DNA of 32,000 nucleotides from Microcystis aeruginosa NIES-2549. GTDB lineage: Bacteria; Cyanobacteriota; Cyanobacteriia; Cyanobacteriales; Microcystaceae. The position numbers and the translations under genes were made by a program. Position 1 is the first letter of the stretch. Each line of letters starts with the position of its first letter. Below are positions 24,701-32,000 of the stretch, in pieces. The notes under the pieces are model-generated. The model saw only the letters and a program-made list of their open reading frames with translations. It had not been told where the DNA came from and made no database searches. Where the stretch lies: NCBI RefSeq assembly GCF_000981785.2, contig NZ_CP011304.1, positions 1,380,001 to 1,412,000 on the forward strand, written 5' to 3'.

Positions 24701-25453
24701 TTAGCCTTAAAAAGTCAAGGGATTGACAATGCCAGCGCTCGTTTATTTTCCAATCCTGCTGGGGATTTTGGCTCTTTAGTTAATGACCAAGTAGTGGAGG
24801 GAAATTGGGACAATGACAACGAATTAGCGAAAACTTGGGAAAAGCGTAATGTTTTTAGTTATGGTCGTCAAGATAAGGGACAAGCGCGGCCAGAAGTGCT
24901 ACAACAGTTATTAAAAACCAGTGAAAGTATTATCCAAGAAATTGACTCGGTAGAATACGGTTTAACCGATATTCAGGAATACTACGGCAACACGGGAGGA
25001 TTAAAATTAGCCGCAGAAAAACAAAGCGGTAAACGGGTGATGACGAGTTTTGTCGAGAGTTTTTCCAATGATACAACTCCCCGCAAATTAGAGGAGGTTT
25101 TGCGCTTAGAATACCGCAGTAAATTACTCAATCCTAAATGGGCTAATGCCATGGTTAATCAAGGTTCCGGTGGGGCCTACGAAATCTCCCAAAGAATGAC
25201 CGCTTTAATTGGTTGGGGCGGTACGGCTAATTTTAGTGACGATTGGGTGTATGATCAGGCAGCCGATACCTACGCTTTTGATGCAGAAATGGCGGAAAAA
25301 TTGCGTCAAGCTAATCCCGAAGCTTTCCGTAATATTGTCGGTAGAATGTTAGAAGCACAGGGTCGCGGTTTTTGGCAAGCAGACCCCGACAAATTAGAGA
25401 AATTACAGGAATTATATCAATTGACCGATGAAAAGTTAGAAGGGGTTACTTAG
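21788..25453 (+). CDS. Magnesium-chelatase H-subunit family protein (ChlH/BchH-like paralogue; CobN superfamily), 1221 aa
   Basis: N-terminus resembles ChlH rather than CobN (IVGFETFNRNLYRQ...VFFASLIFDYD). Core block VHFGMHGTVEWLPG...PNLYIYAANNPSESILAKRRGYG matches the ChlH-type AANNPSE signature as I recall it. It is shorter than canonical ChlH (about 1330 aa). Confidence 0.75.
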   Translation: MKSIVLIVGFETFNRNLYRQSGLLASSKCPDLEVKVFSDKSLTSEPEIVEQALATADVFFASLIFDYDQVTWLRQRAAQIPIRLVFESALELMSLTRLGEFAIGDKPKGMPKPIQFILSKFSSGKEEDKLAGYLSFLKTGPKLLKFIPAKKVQDLRNWLIIYGYWNAGGTENVAAMCWVIAQKYLGLKVQEIPEVIETPNKGLLHPDYQGYFLTPQEYLTWYQKNKSLDKPVVALLLYRKHVISKLPYINQLIRHFETANLIPLPVFINGVEGHTIVRDWLTTDYEIQQRKKGIIETPSLSQDAVTVDAIVSTIGFPLVGGPAGSMEAGRQVEVAKRILSAKNIPYLIAAPLLIQDIYSWTRQGIGGLQSVVLYALPELDGAIDTIPLGGLVGETIYLIPERLQRLTGRLNSWIKLHKTPPQERKIAIILYGFPPGYGAVGTAALLNVPRSLVKFLQALQAQGYNVGTIPEDGEEIIQKVKFADDENLSKQNRLSIETLENWLGYLLTSRIEKHWKSLKDAGIKTIGDQYHLGGIELGNIWIGVQPPLGIAGDPMRLMFEKDLTPHPQYAAFYQWLQKDFKTDAIVHFGMHGTVEWLPGSPLGNTGYSWSDILLGDLPNLYIYAANNPSESILAKRRGYGVLISHNVPPYGRAGLYKELMILRDLIAEFRENPEKNYALRDSILQKIIDTGISKDCPFLEAEKQGIEFTLENAKLFSRYALTDYFVKVYNYLQIVEQRLFSSGLHTLGTAPNQEELKGYLDAYFTDLSEREFQQIIADEATNEKLKEGIAIKNLLGQNSEELTNLLRGLNGEYVPPAPGGDLLRDGAGVLPTGRNIHALDPYRMPSPAAYTRGREIAKKLLEQNLTEKGKYPETVAVLLWGLDVIKTKGESLGILLELVGAEPVKEGTGRIVRYELKPLGEIGHPRIDILANLSGIFRDTFINIIELLDDLMQRAAEIEESENDNYIRKHYLALKSQGIDNASARLFSNPAGDFGSLVNDQVVEGNWDNDNELAKTWEKRNVFSYGRQDKGQARPEVLQQLLKTSESIIQEIDSVEYGLTDIQEYYGNTGGLKLAAEKQSGKRVMTSFVESFSNDTTPRKLEEVLRLEYRSKLLNPKWANAMVNQGSGGAYEISQRMTALIGWGGTANFSDDWVYDQAADTYAFDAEMAEKLRQANPEAFRNIVGRMLEAQGRGFWQADPDKLEKLQELYQLTDEKLEGVT

Positions 25454-25459
25454 GGTTTT

Positions 25460-25735
25460 TAGGCTGCATCTCATTTTTGTCAATCTACCAAGTTGGGATT
25501 TTTACGGGGACACTCTCGGCTAAAATCGGTCATTACTTCCGATTTTACCACTCAATCCAAGCCTTTGGGGGGTTCTACCCCCCAAACCCCCCGTTGGGGG
25601 GTAGAACCCCCCAAACCCCCCGCGCATTAGTTTTTCGGTGGGATGCTTACACGCAGCCGCTGACCCATCTGTAATAATTTAAGAGTCACTGATAATTGCT
25701 GATTGTCGGTATTTCTGCAAATGTGAGATGCACCC
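25460..25735. mobile_element. MITE (about 276 bp) with imperfect terminal inverted repeats and a 7-bp target-site duplication
   Basis: Terminal inverted repeats ggctgcatctcatttttg (25462-25479) and caaatgtgagatgcaccc (25718-25735) match at 15/18 positions. GGGTTTT flanks both ends (25453-25459, 25736-25742). No credible ORF. GC-rich palindromic core. Confidence 0.65.
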
Positions 25736-25741
25736 GGGTTT

Positions 25742-26242
25742 TCATCGCAACAGGGAATCCTTGGCATAATCTGATTTCCCTCCTGTTTTACTCAGCAGAC
25801 GGATATTTTCAATCAGGATTGATTTTTCTAACGCTTTAGCCATATCGTATAAAGTCAAGGCTGCCACAGATACCGCCGTTAAAGCCTCCATTTCTACCCC
25901 TGTTTCCGATTTTGTCACCACTTCTGCGCGAATTTCGTAGCCGGGTAACTCTGCTTTCGGGATAATCTGAACATTGATTTTTTGCAGGGGTAAGGGATGG
26001 CAAAGGGGAATTAAACAGGAAGTTTGTTTGGCCGCCATAATTCCCGCTAGTCTGGCCGTCCCTAAAACGTCACCTTTAGGCGCATTTCCCTGTTCTATGG
26101 CTTCAAAAGTCGTTTTTAGCATTCTCACTTGTCCTAGGGCGATAGCAGTGCGTTTAGTGGGCATTTTCTCCGATACATCCACCATCTGGGCCTGGCCTTG
26201 GCCATCGAGATGAGATAATTTTTCTTTACCCTCTTGCGTCAT
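25742..26242 (-). CDS. moaC: Cyclic pyranopterin monophosphate synthase MoaC
   Basis: [56 protein letters not shown] are canonical MoaC blocks. Confidence 0.95.
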   Translation of the reverse strand: MTQEGKEKLSHLDGQGQAQMVDVSEKMPTKRTAIALGQVRMLKTTFEAIEQGNAPKGDVLGTARLAGIMAAKQTSCLIPLCHPLPLQKINVQIIPKAELPGYEIRAEVVTKSETGVEMEALTAVSVAALTLYDMAKALEKSILIENIRLLSKTGGKSDYAKDSLLR

Positions 26243-26285
26243 TGAATGAACCTGTGCTATATTGGTTTACTGTTGAGAAAAACAA

Positions 26286-26359
26286 GGGCTTGTAGCTTAG
26301 TGGATTAGAGCGTGTGGCTACGGACCACAAGGTCGGGAGTTCGAGTCTCTCCAAGCCCG
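26286..26359 (+). tRNA. tRNA-Arg (anticodon ACG)
   Basis: Hand-folded cloverleaf: acceptor GGGCTTG/CAAGCCC, D-arm GCTT..AGAGC, anticodon stem TGTGG/CCACA with loop CTACGGA, T-arm GGGAG TTCGAGT CTCTC, discriminator G. CCA is not encoded. Confidence 0.9.
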
Positions 26360-26383
26360 TTAGATACAATGGCATATACTACA

Positions 26384-26421
26384 GGAATTAGGAACCTATG
26401 GTTCCTAATTCCTTTGGTTTT
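26384..26421 (+). terminator. Intrinsic terminator downstream of tRNA-Arg
   Basis: Perfect 13-bp stem ggaattaggaacc / ggttcctaattcc with a 3-nt loop, followed by tttggtttt. Confidence 0.7.
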
Positions 26422-26514
26422 CTACCCCATCTCCCCCAAGTCCCTAATATAGAACAAGTGTATTTATTTTTTTTTCTGCAAGGGGACTGAGGTTAAATTG
26501 AAGTAAACCAGAAT

Positions 26515-28224
26515 TCAAAATAAGAAATAGCGTTGGGCCATAGGTAAAACCGTAGCCGGTTCACAGATTAATAATTCCCCGTCAGCACGCACCTCGTAGG
26601 TTTCGGGATTAACTTCCATGCGCGGTAAAGCGTCATTTAGCTTCATACTAGCCTTACTGATATTGCGCGTATTCGACACTGCCACGGCGGTTTTTTTCAG
26701 CTTTAACTTCTCAGGAATGCCCGCTTTCATAGCATATTTAGAAACAAATGTCAAGGAAGTTTTGGCGATCGCACCACCAAAAGAGGCAAACATGGGACGC
26801 ATATAAACCGGTTGGGGTGTGGGAATACTGGCATTAGCATCGCCCATTTGCGCCCAGGCGATTAAACCGCCTTTCAGGACAATTTCCGGTTTTACGCCAA
26901 AAAATGCCGGTTTCCAGAGAACCAAATCGGCTAATTTGCCCACCTCGATGGAACCGACATAATCGGAGACACCATGGGTAATAGCAGGATTAATCGTATA
27001 TTTAGCAATATATCGTCTTGCCCGCAGATTATCATTCTCTCCCGTTTCCCCGGTCAGTCTGCCCCGTTGTAACCGCATTTTGTGGGCAGTTTGCCAAGTG
27101 CGGATAATTACTTCCCCCACCCGTCCCATCGCTTGAGAATCGGAGGAAATGATGCTAAAAGCCCCTAAATCGTGGAGAATATCCTCGGCGGCAATAGTCT
27201 CTCGGCGGATGCGGGATTCGGCAAAGGCCACATCTTCGGGAATACTCCGGTCTAAATGATGACAAACCATCAACATATCAAGGTGTTCCTCTAAGGTATT
27301 CGTCGTATAGGGACGGGTGGGATTAGTAGAGGAGGGTAAAACGTTCATTTCCCCGCAAACCCTGATAATATCGGGAGCATGACCACCGCCGGCCCCTTCC
27401 GTGTGGTAGGTGTGAATGACGCGATTTTTAAAAGCGGCGATAGTGGCCTCAACAAAACCGGCCTCATTGAGAGTATCGGTATGAATCGCCACCTGCACAT
27501 CGTACTTATCGGCCACGCTTAAACAGGTATCAATGGCTGCCGGAGTGGTTCCCCAATCTTCATGGAGTTTTAAGCCAATTACCCCCGCTTTTACCTGTTC
27601 CGCTAGTCCTTCCGGCTGACTGCTATTGCCTTTACCCAAAAAACCCAAATTCATCGGGAAAGCTTCGGCCGCCTCTAGCATTCGATAGATGTTCCATTCT
27701 CCCGGGGTGCAGGTGGTGGCATTAGTTCCCGTCGCAGGTCCAGTCCCGCCACCAATCATCGTGGTAATCCCCGACGCAATCGCTGTCTCAATTTGTTGGG
27801 GACAGATAAAATGAATATGAGCATCAATCCCCCCTGCTGTCAAAATCATCCCCTCCCCGGCTAATGCCTCGGTAGCAGGACCGATAATAATATCGACATT
27901 ATCTTGAATGTGGGGATTACCCGCTTTACCGATTTTATAAATTTTGCCGTCTTTAATGCCCACATCGGCCTTAACGATGCCCCACCAGTCGAGAATTAAG
28001 GCATTAGTAATCACTAGATCCACCGCCCCATCTTCCCTAGAAATGGGGGATTGGCCCATCCCATCGCGAATTACTTTACCGCCGCCGAATTTTACCTCAT
28101 CGCCGTAGGTGGTGAAATCTTTTTCGACTTCGATAAATAATTCCGTGTCTGCGAGGCGAACTTTATCTCCGACGGTGGGGCCGTAGGTTTCTGCATAGGT
28201 GCGGCGATCGATGCGATAATTCAT
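26515..28224 (-). CDS. ureC: Urease alpha subunit
   Basis: [56 protein letters not shown], and a 569-aa length are canonical UreC features. Confidence 0.97.
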   Translation of the reverse strand: MNYRIDRRTYAETYGPTVGDKVRLADTELFIEVEKDFTTYGDEVKFGGGKVIRDGMGQSPISREDGAVDLVITNALILDWWGIVKADVGIKDGKIYKIGKAGNPHIQDNVDIIIGPATEALAGEGMILTAGGIDAHIHFICPQQIETAIASGITTMIGGGTGPATGTNATTCTPGEWNIYRMLEAAEAFPMNLGFLGKGNSSQPEGLAEQVKAGVIGLKLHEDWGTTPAAIDTCLSVADKYDVQVAIHTDTLNEAGFVEATIAAFKNRVIHTYHTEGAGGGHAPDIIRVCGEMNVLPSSTNPTRPYTTNTLEEHLDMLMVCHHLDRSIPEDVAFAESRIRRETIAAEDILHDLGAFSIISSDSQAMGRVGEVIIRTWQTAHKMRLQRGRLTGETGENDNLRARRYIAKYTINPAITHGVSDYVGSIEVGKLADLVLWKPAFFGVKPEIVLKGGLIAWAQMGDANASIPTPQPVYMRPMFASFGGAIAKTSLTFVSKYAMKAGIPEKLKLKKTAVAVSNTRNISKASMKLNDALPRMEVNPETYEVRADGELLICEPATVLPMAQRYFLF

Positions 28225-28305
28225 AGGGGGAATTCTTGAAAATCGACATTGATTATACGATCAATTTTCCAGGAATTATCGCTTTTTAGGGATTTTCTTC
28301 CATTT

Positions 28306-29202
28306 TTAATCTGGCTCATTTTCCAGGATTTCTTTGGCTTTCAGTAAAGCTTGGCGATGTTCTTCGGTAACGGTGGGATATTTTAAACCGAGGGATTCCA
28401 GGGTGTGATAAATAACCGCCCCCACAGCTAAACGAGTAAACCATTTGCGATCAGCCGGGATAATATACCAGGGGGCCCATTCGGTACTGGTATGATTGAA
28501 TACCTCCTCGTAGGCTTTCATGTAATCACCCCAAAAAGCTCTTTCTTTGACATCATTTTCGGAAAACTTCCAATTTTTTTCGGGGCGATCAATTCTTTCT
28601 AAAAATCGTTTTTTCTGTTCTCCTTTAGAAACATTGAGAAAGAATTTTAGGACAATAACCCCATTGTTAACCAGATATTTTTCAAAATTATTAATCTCCT
28701 CAAAACGTCGCTGCCAAACTTTCTTGGTTCTGTCTTCTGGGGGGAGTTTTTGCCGTTCCAATAAATTTTGATGGACGCGCACGACTAATAATTCTTCGTA
28801 GTAAGAACGATTAAAAATACCGATACGACCCCGCTCCGGTAAGGCTTTATAATATCGCCAGAGATAATCGTGGTCTAGTTCTTCGGCCGAGGGTACTTTA
28901 AAGCTAAATACCTGACAGCCTTGGGGATTTAAGCCGGACATAACGTGTCTGATCGTACCATCTTTACCCGCCGCATCCATGGCTTGCAGATTAATTAACA
29001 GGGCATAGGTATCCTGGGCATAAAGTTTATCTTGAAACTCGGCCATTTTTTCGATCCCCTGTTGCAGCAGCAGCGTGGCATCTTCTTTGGTAATGTAGTC
29101 TGGCTTAAACCCGGGATCGTAGTCTTTGTGCAGAGAAATTTCTTTACCCGGTGGCACTATTAAGGATTGTAAAAATGCTTGGCGATCAATTTTGCTGACC
29201 AT
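28306..29202 (-). CDS. Polyphosphate kinase 2 (PPK2) family protein, single-domain
   Basis: Walker A-like MDAAGKDGTIRHV, plus FNRSYYE and WYIIPADRKW blocks typical of PPK2. Confidence 0.9.
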   Translation of the reverse strand: MVSKIDRQAFLQSLIVPPGKEISLHKDYDPGFKPDYITKEDATLLLQQGIEKMAEFQDKLYAQDTYALLINLQAMDAAGKDGTIRHVMSGLNPQGCQVFSFKVPSAEELDHDYLWRYYKALPERGRIGIFNRSYYEELLVVRVHQNLLERQKLPPEDRTKKVWQRRFEEINNFEKYLVNNGVIVLKFFLNVSKGEQKKRFLERIDRPEKNWKFSENDVKERAFWGDYMKAYEEVFNHTSTEWAPWYIIPADRKWFTRLAVGAVIYHTLESLGLKYPTVTEEHRQALLKAKEILENEPD

Positions 29203-29380
29203 GCTCTTCTCCTTGATTGTTTTGACCCCTAAAATTACATTGTAGCACTTTTGCTCGGAAAATATCTAACTCTTAAACTGGCGAGTCAAAGATGAAGTGG
29301 CAGAAATGACCTAGAAACAAGTATATTTAAATACTCGATTTTAGCGACTCCTCATCTGACGAGAAAGTAAAGAATAATTT

Positions 29381-29722
29381 TTAGGTGATCGCAAATTCGG
29401 TAAACTGACGCACTTCGGGAGGTTGAAAAGCTAAAACTATTTCACTACTGGGAATTCCTACGCGCATTAATTCCGTGGCGATACTTGCTTCTGTCCAATC
29501 TTCTTCAATATAAATTTTGTCATTTTTTAGACGAAGATAAACGGAAATCGCTTTAATTAGTTTGCCATTTTTCCAGCCAATATTAAACCAAAGATATTGG
29601 CTTCTATTATCGTCAAACATCAATATTTTTTCTATGTCTTGATCGGGTACTTGTGAGAAAATTTCTGCATATTCTGTGAGAATTTTCTTGATTATGTTTT
29701 GATAATAATTTAGTTTATCCAT
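29381..29722 (-). CDS. xisI: XisI-family protein
   Basis: MDKLNYYQNIIKKILTEYAEI...YLWFNIGW...IYIEEDWTE...GIPSSEIVLAF are typical XisI blocks. AGGAGG lies 8 nt upstream of the ATG at 29722. The tracked start at 29752 is upstream of that RBS. Confidence 0.85.
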   Translation of the reverse strand: MDKLNYYQNIIKKILTEYAEIFSQVPDQDIEKILMFDDNRSQYLWFNIGWKNGKLIKAISVYLRLKNDKIYIEEDWTEASIATELMRVGIPSSEIVLAFQPPEVRQFTEFAIT

Positions 29723-30080
29723 TGGACGATTCCTCCTGATTATTGTCAACAATTAACAATAAAATTTGATACTTTTGCAAGATTATTTGTATGGCAGCTT
29801 GAGCGAAAAACTTTTCATAAATTTCTTGTCCGATTAAAAAAATAAAGAAATTAATACATACAAGATATTTATTACAATGGTTCTTCGTTACTTGGTATGG
29901 TTCGATAGGGTGGCATAAATCGACTAAATCCTTATCTGGCAAGAGATTTAATTGATTAGTTCGCTCCAGATCGCAAACAATTGACAAAAATCGCAGCAAT
30001 GTCTGTCTCTATAAGGGTTTCATTCCTTATAACCCCGTCCATTGCATAAGACAAACCGAAGAACCGAAATTCGGTTCCTT
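29715..30080 (-). pseudogene. Degraded xisH-like gene (frameshifted/deleted)
   Basis: The C-terminal part of the 29715-29999 frame (KYLVCI...EIYEKFFAQAAIQIILQKYQILLLIVDNNQEE) resembles the XisH C-terminus (LYLA..Y..FF....IQ.....L.IVV). Its stop overlaps the xisI ATG, as in xisHI operons. A possible N-terminal remnant (AMDGVIRNETL, compare KDGWxIThDP) lies in a different frame. The central XisH blocks are missing. Extent is approximate. Confidence 0.45.
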
Positions 30081-30309
30081 GTTGAATAAGGGAAAGGGCT
30101 GTACTCAATGGACGTTGTGCTTGTTTCCAATATTGCTCAGATGACAATTGATCGATTACTTCTTCATTCTCATCGCTATAATACACATTATAAAAATATT
30201 CCGCATCCTTAAGTTTTGTAGATAAACTTATCAGCGTATCCCAAGCCAGATTTAAAAAATCAATGCCAGAGGATTTAAAATCATCTCCAGTCGGTACATC
30301 TATAATCAT
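29956..30309 (-). CDS. Hypothetical ORF running into the xisH remnant
   Basis: 117-codon ATG ORF. The first 75 or so residues match nothing I recognise, and the C-terminal part may be xisH-derived. It may be a fusion artefact of decay rather than a functional gene. Confidence 0.35.
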   Translation of the reverse strand: MIIDVPTGDDFKSSGIDFLNLAWDTLISLSTKLKDAEYFYNVYYSDENEEVIDQLSSEQYWKQAQRPLSTALSLIQQGTEFRFFGLSYAMDGVIRNETLIETDIAAIFVNCLRSGAN

Positions 30310-30440
30310 AATTTTTCGTACTCACTTTTATCATTTCATTTAAGGCGATTTATTGGTAAATGAGATTGTGTGGCTTTTCATCCCGCTCAAAATGATAGCG
30401 AACTTTTTTATTGTGTGGCTTGTACCCGAACTAAACTTGA

Positions 30441-30707
30441 CTATACTTTGTGAGCCTCCGCATAAATCCGTAAAGCGGCGGACATTTTTTGTTCACAATC
30501 CTCGCCCTGTGATTGAAACCAAGCTAGGGTTTCGGGATCTACTTGAACAAGAACATTTACTTTCTCTACAGGTTTCCACCACCGCGATTTACTAAAAAAC
30601 TCCTCGGTTAAGGGCGGAATATCGGATGTGTCGATTTCCTCTTCTGTAAGAGCGTCAACTTTCTCCCAATTCGTCTCGGAGGTATTGTTCATATCGTTTT
30701 CGTTCAT
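30441..30707 (-). CDS. brnA: BrnA-type antitoxin
   Basis: Lies downstream of and overlapping brnT. DALTEEEIDTSDIPPLTEEFFSKS and the C-terminal RHH-like LAWFQSQGEDCEQKMSAALRIYAEAH are typical of BrnA. Start taken as MNEND (30707); an alternative ATG lies at about 30692. Confidence 0.7.
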   Translation of the reverse strand: MNENDMNNTSETNWEKVDALTEEEIDTSDIPPLTEEFFSKSRWWKPVEKVNVLVQVDPETLAWFQSQGEDCEQKMSAALRIYAEAHKV

Positions 30708-30948
30708 AGGGTAAAGCTTTACGAAGTGAAATAATACGAATTGTATCTCTACTCGGTTCTGTAAAAACGACAACTACCACTCGGCCATCGAGCGTACCGA
30801 TTCCTATCAATCGATCTTCGCCATAATTTTCTCGTTCGTCAAGGGAAACTCGAATGGGATGTTCAAATATCCGCTGCGCGTCCGCGAAGTCTAGATCGTG
30901 CTTGATGATATTCGCTCGGTTCTTTTGTCGATCCCACTCGAATTTCAT
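30655..30948 (-). CDS. brnT: BrnT-family (DUF497) toxin
   Basis: MKFEWDRQKNRANIIKHDLDFADAQRIF...ENYGEDRLIGIG...VVVVVFTEPSRDTIRIISLRKA is the canonical BrnT pattern. Confidence 0.85.
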   Translation of the reverse strand: MKFEWDRQKNRANIIKHDLDFADAQRIFEHPIRVSLDERENYGEDRLIGIGTLDGRVVVVVFTEPSRDTIRIISLRKALPYERKRYEQYLRDELGES

Positions 30949-31022
30949 ATTTTTATTTTATCGAGTTGTCATTCCGTATATCGAAAAAAATCCTATAATT
31001 GTCGAAAATTCGATCGTTAGAG

Positions 31023-31075
31023 GGGTCATCTTGATCGAAATCAAAAGAAATCTTTCGCCTCGATCGAAATGACCC
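31023..31075 (-). terminator. Hairpin downstream of acnB (possible terminator)
   Basis: gggtcatcttgatcga / tcgatcgaaatgaccc gives a 16-position stem with one mismatch and one G-T wobble, and a 21-nt loop. It starts 12 nt past the acnB stop. There is no clean U-tract, hence the low confidence. Confidence 0.3.
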
Positions 31076-31087
31076 ATAACCGGTCAA

Positions 31088-32000
31088 CTAACTCAAAACA
31101 CCAGAAGGAATCCCTAAGATATCCTCAATTTTAGGTAAATCTTCTAGGGGAATTACCCGGCCTTCATCCTCAAAACCAGCGATTTCATTAAAGTTCAAAT
31201 AGCGGTATAAATCGCCAGCAAAAGGATTAATTTTCTCGGTGACAATTGCCAGGTATTCCTCGACGGTGGGAATGCGTCCCAGTAGCGCACAAACTGCCGC
31301 TAATTCGGCGGAACCGAGATAGACTCGCGCATCTTTTCCCATGCGATTATTGAAGTTACGAGTCGAGGTAGAAAATACCGTCGCTCTGTCTTCAACCCGC
31401 GCTTGATTACCCATACAAAGGGAACATCCAGGCATCTCGGTACGCGCCCCAGAAGCGGCAAAAATGCCGTACATTCCCTCCTCGCGCAATTGTTTTTCAT
31501 CCATGCGGGTGGGGGGACAAATCCACAGTTTAGCCTTAGCAACTCCTGCACCTTCTAATATCTTAGCGGCGGCGCGATAATGACCAATATTAGTCATACA
31601 AGAACCGATGAACACCTCATCAATTTTATCCCCGGCGCATTCCGACATTAACTTGATATTATCGGGGTCATTGGGTGCGGCAACAATTGGTTCTTTAATC
31701 TCGTTTAAGTTGACGGTGATAATATCCGCATATTCGGCATCCTTATCAGCCTCCATCAGGACGGGATTAGCTAACCATTGTTCCATTTTTGCTACCCGAC
31801 GCAGGATAGTTTTAGCATCACTATAACCCCGGGCCGCCATATTCTTTAACAGGGCTACATTAGAGCGTAAATATTCCGCCACTGTCTCGGTACTTAACTT
31901 AATCGTACAACCAGCGCAGGAACGTTCCGCCGTGGCATCGGTTAACTCAAAAGCCTGTTCTAATTTCAAATCCGGCAGCCCTTCCATCTCCATAATGCGA
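31088..32000 (-). CDS. acnB: Aconitate hydratase B / 2-methylisocitrate dehydratase, C-terminal part (gene continues beyond the window)
   Basis: IGSCMTNIGHYRAAAKIL, MPGCSLCMGNQARV, TSTRNFNNRMG, YLGSAELAAVCALLGRIPT and YRYLNFN are canonical AcnB C-terminal blocks. The frame stays open to the window edge. Confidence 0.95.
   Translation of the reverse strand, partial: RIMEMEGLPDLKLEQAFELTDATAERSCAGCTIKLSTETVAEYLRSNVALLKNMAARGYSDAKTILRRVAKMEQWLANPVLMEADKDAEYADIITVNLNEIKEPIVAAPNDPDNIKLMSECAGDKIDEVFIGSCMTNIGHYRAAAKILEGAGVAKAKLWICPPTRMDEKQLREEGMYGIFAASGARTEMPGCSLCMGNQARVEDRATVFSTSTRNFNNRMGKDARVYLGSAELAAVCALLGRIPTVEEYLAIVTEKINPFAGDLYRYLNFNEIAGFEDEGRVIPLEDLPKIEDILGIPSGVLS

Noticed and set aside
25477-25674. 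65-aa ORF inside the MITE
   Set aside because: Its translation is dominated by the G/C-rich palindromes (PPNPPLGGRTPQTP). It lies wholly within the inverted-repeat-bounded element and has a non-ATG start context.
26286-26514. tRNA-Arg as an integration hotspot with an adjacent island
   Set aside because: There is no integrase ORF, and I saw no direct repeat of the tRNA 3' end on either side. The neighbours are moaC and ureC, separated only by short spacers and a terminator hairpin.
26515-28224. ureC without ureA/ureB/accessory genes (likewise solitary hypF and moaC) as a sign of operon disruption
   Set aside because: Dispersed ure, hyp and moa genes are the normal organisation in many unicellular cyanobacteria (for example Synechocystis). 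The genes here are full length with intact motifs.

Overview
This looks like a cyanobacterial chromosomal segment. Supporting signs are many HIP1 GCGATCGC / CGATCG sites, STRR-like heptamer arrays, xisI, a flavodiiron gene and hypF. A Microcystis-like genome is my inference only. The backbone is housekeeping: pentapeptide-repeat protein, class A PBP, rpe, IMPase-family gene, hypF, flavodiiron protein, ChlH-like chelatase subunit, moaC, tRNA-Arg(ACG), ureC, PPK2 and the 3' part of acnB, which runs off the window. Several small accessory or rearranged patches sit between these genes. (1) An intact 1.15-kb IS splits a Uma2 gene next to an orphan Dam-class methyltransferase. (2) Two divergent GT2 + polytopic GT-C-like gene pairs lie at 5.8-11.2 kb. 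(3) A PIN/UPF0175 toxin-antitoxin cassette is flanked by two diverged copies of the last 283 bp of the flavodiiron gene. (4) A 276-bp MITE with a 7-bp target duplication sits between two convergent stop codons, and a related mini-hairpin element lies 4 kb upstream. (5) A xisI / degraded xisH / BrnTA islet lies between ppk2 and acnB. Repeats not explained by genes are G-rich and other heptamer arrays, a 138/128/121-bp tandem triplication covering a gene start, and perfect 42-bp in-frame repeats in a coiled-coil ORF. There is no CRISPR array or rRNA, and I could not demonstrate a complete novel multi-gene system. The dual GT module and the flv-duplication/TA junction are the best candidates for follow-up. 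Repeat and element coordinates were mapped by hand and may be off by 1-2 nt. No similarity searches were run; family calls rest on recognised motifs.
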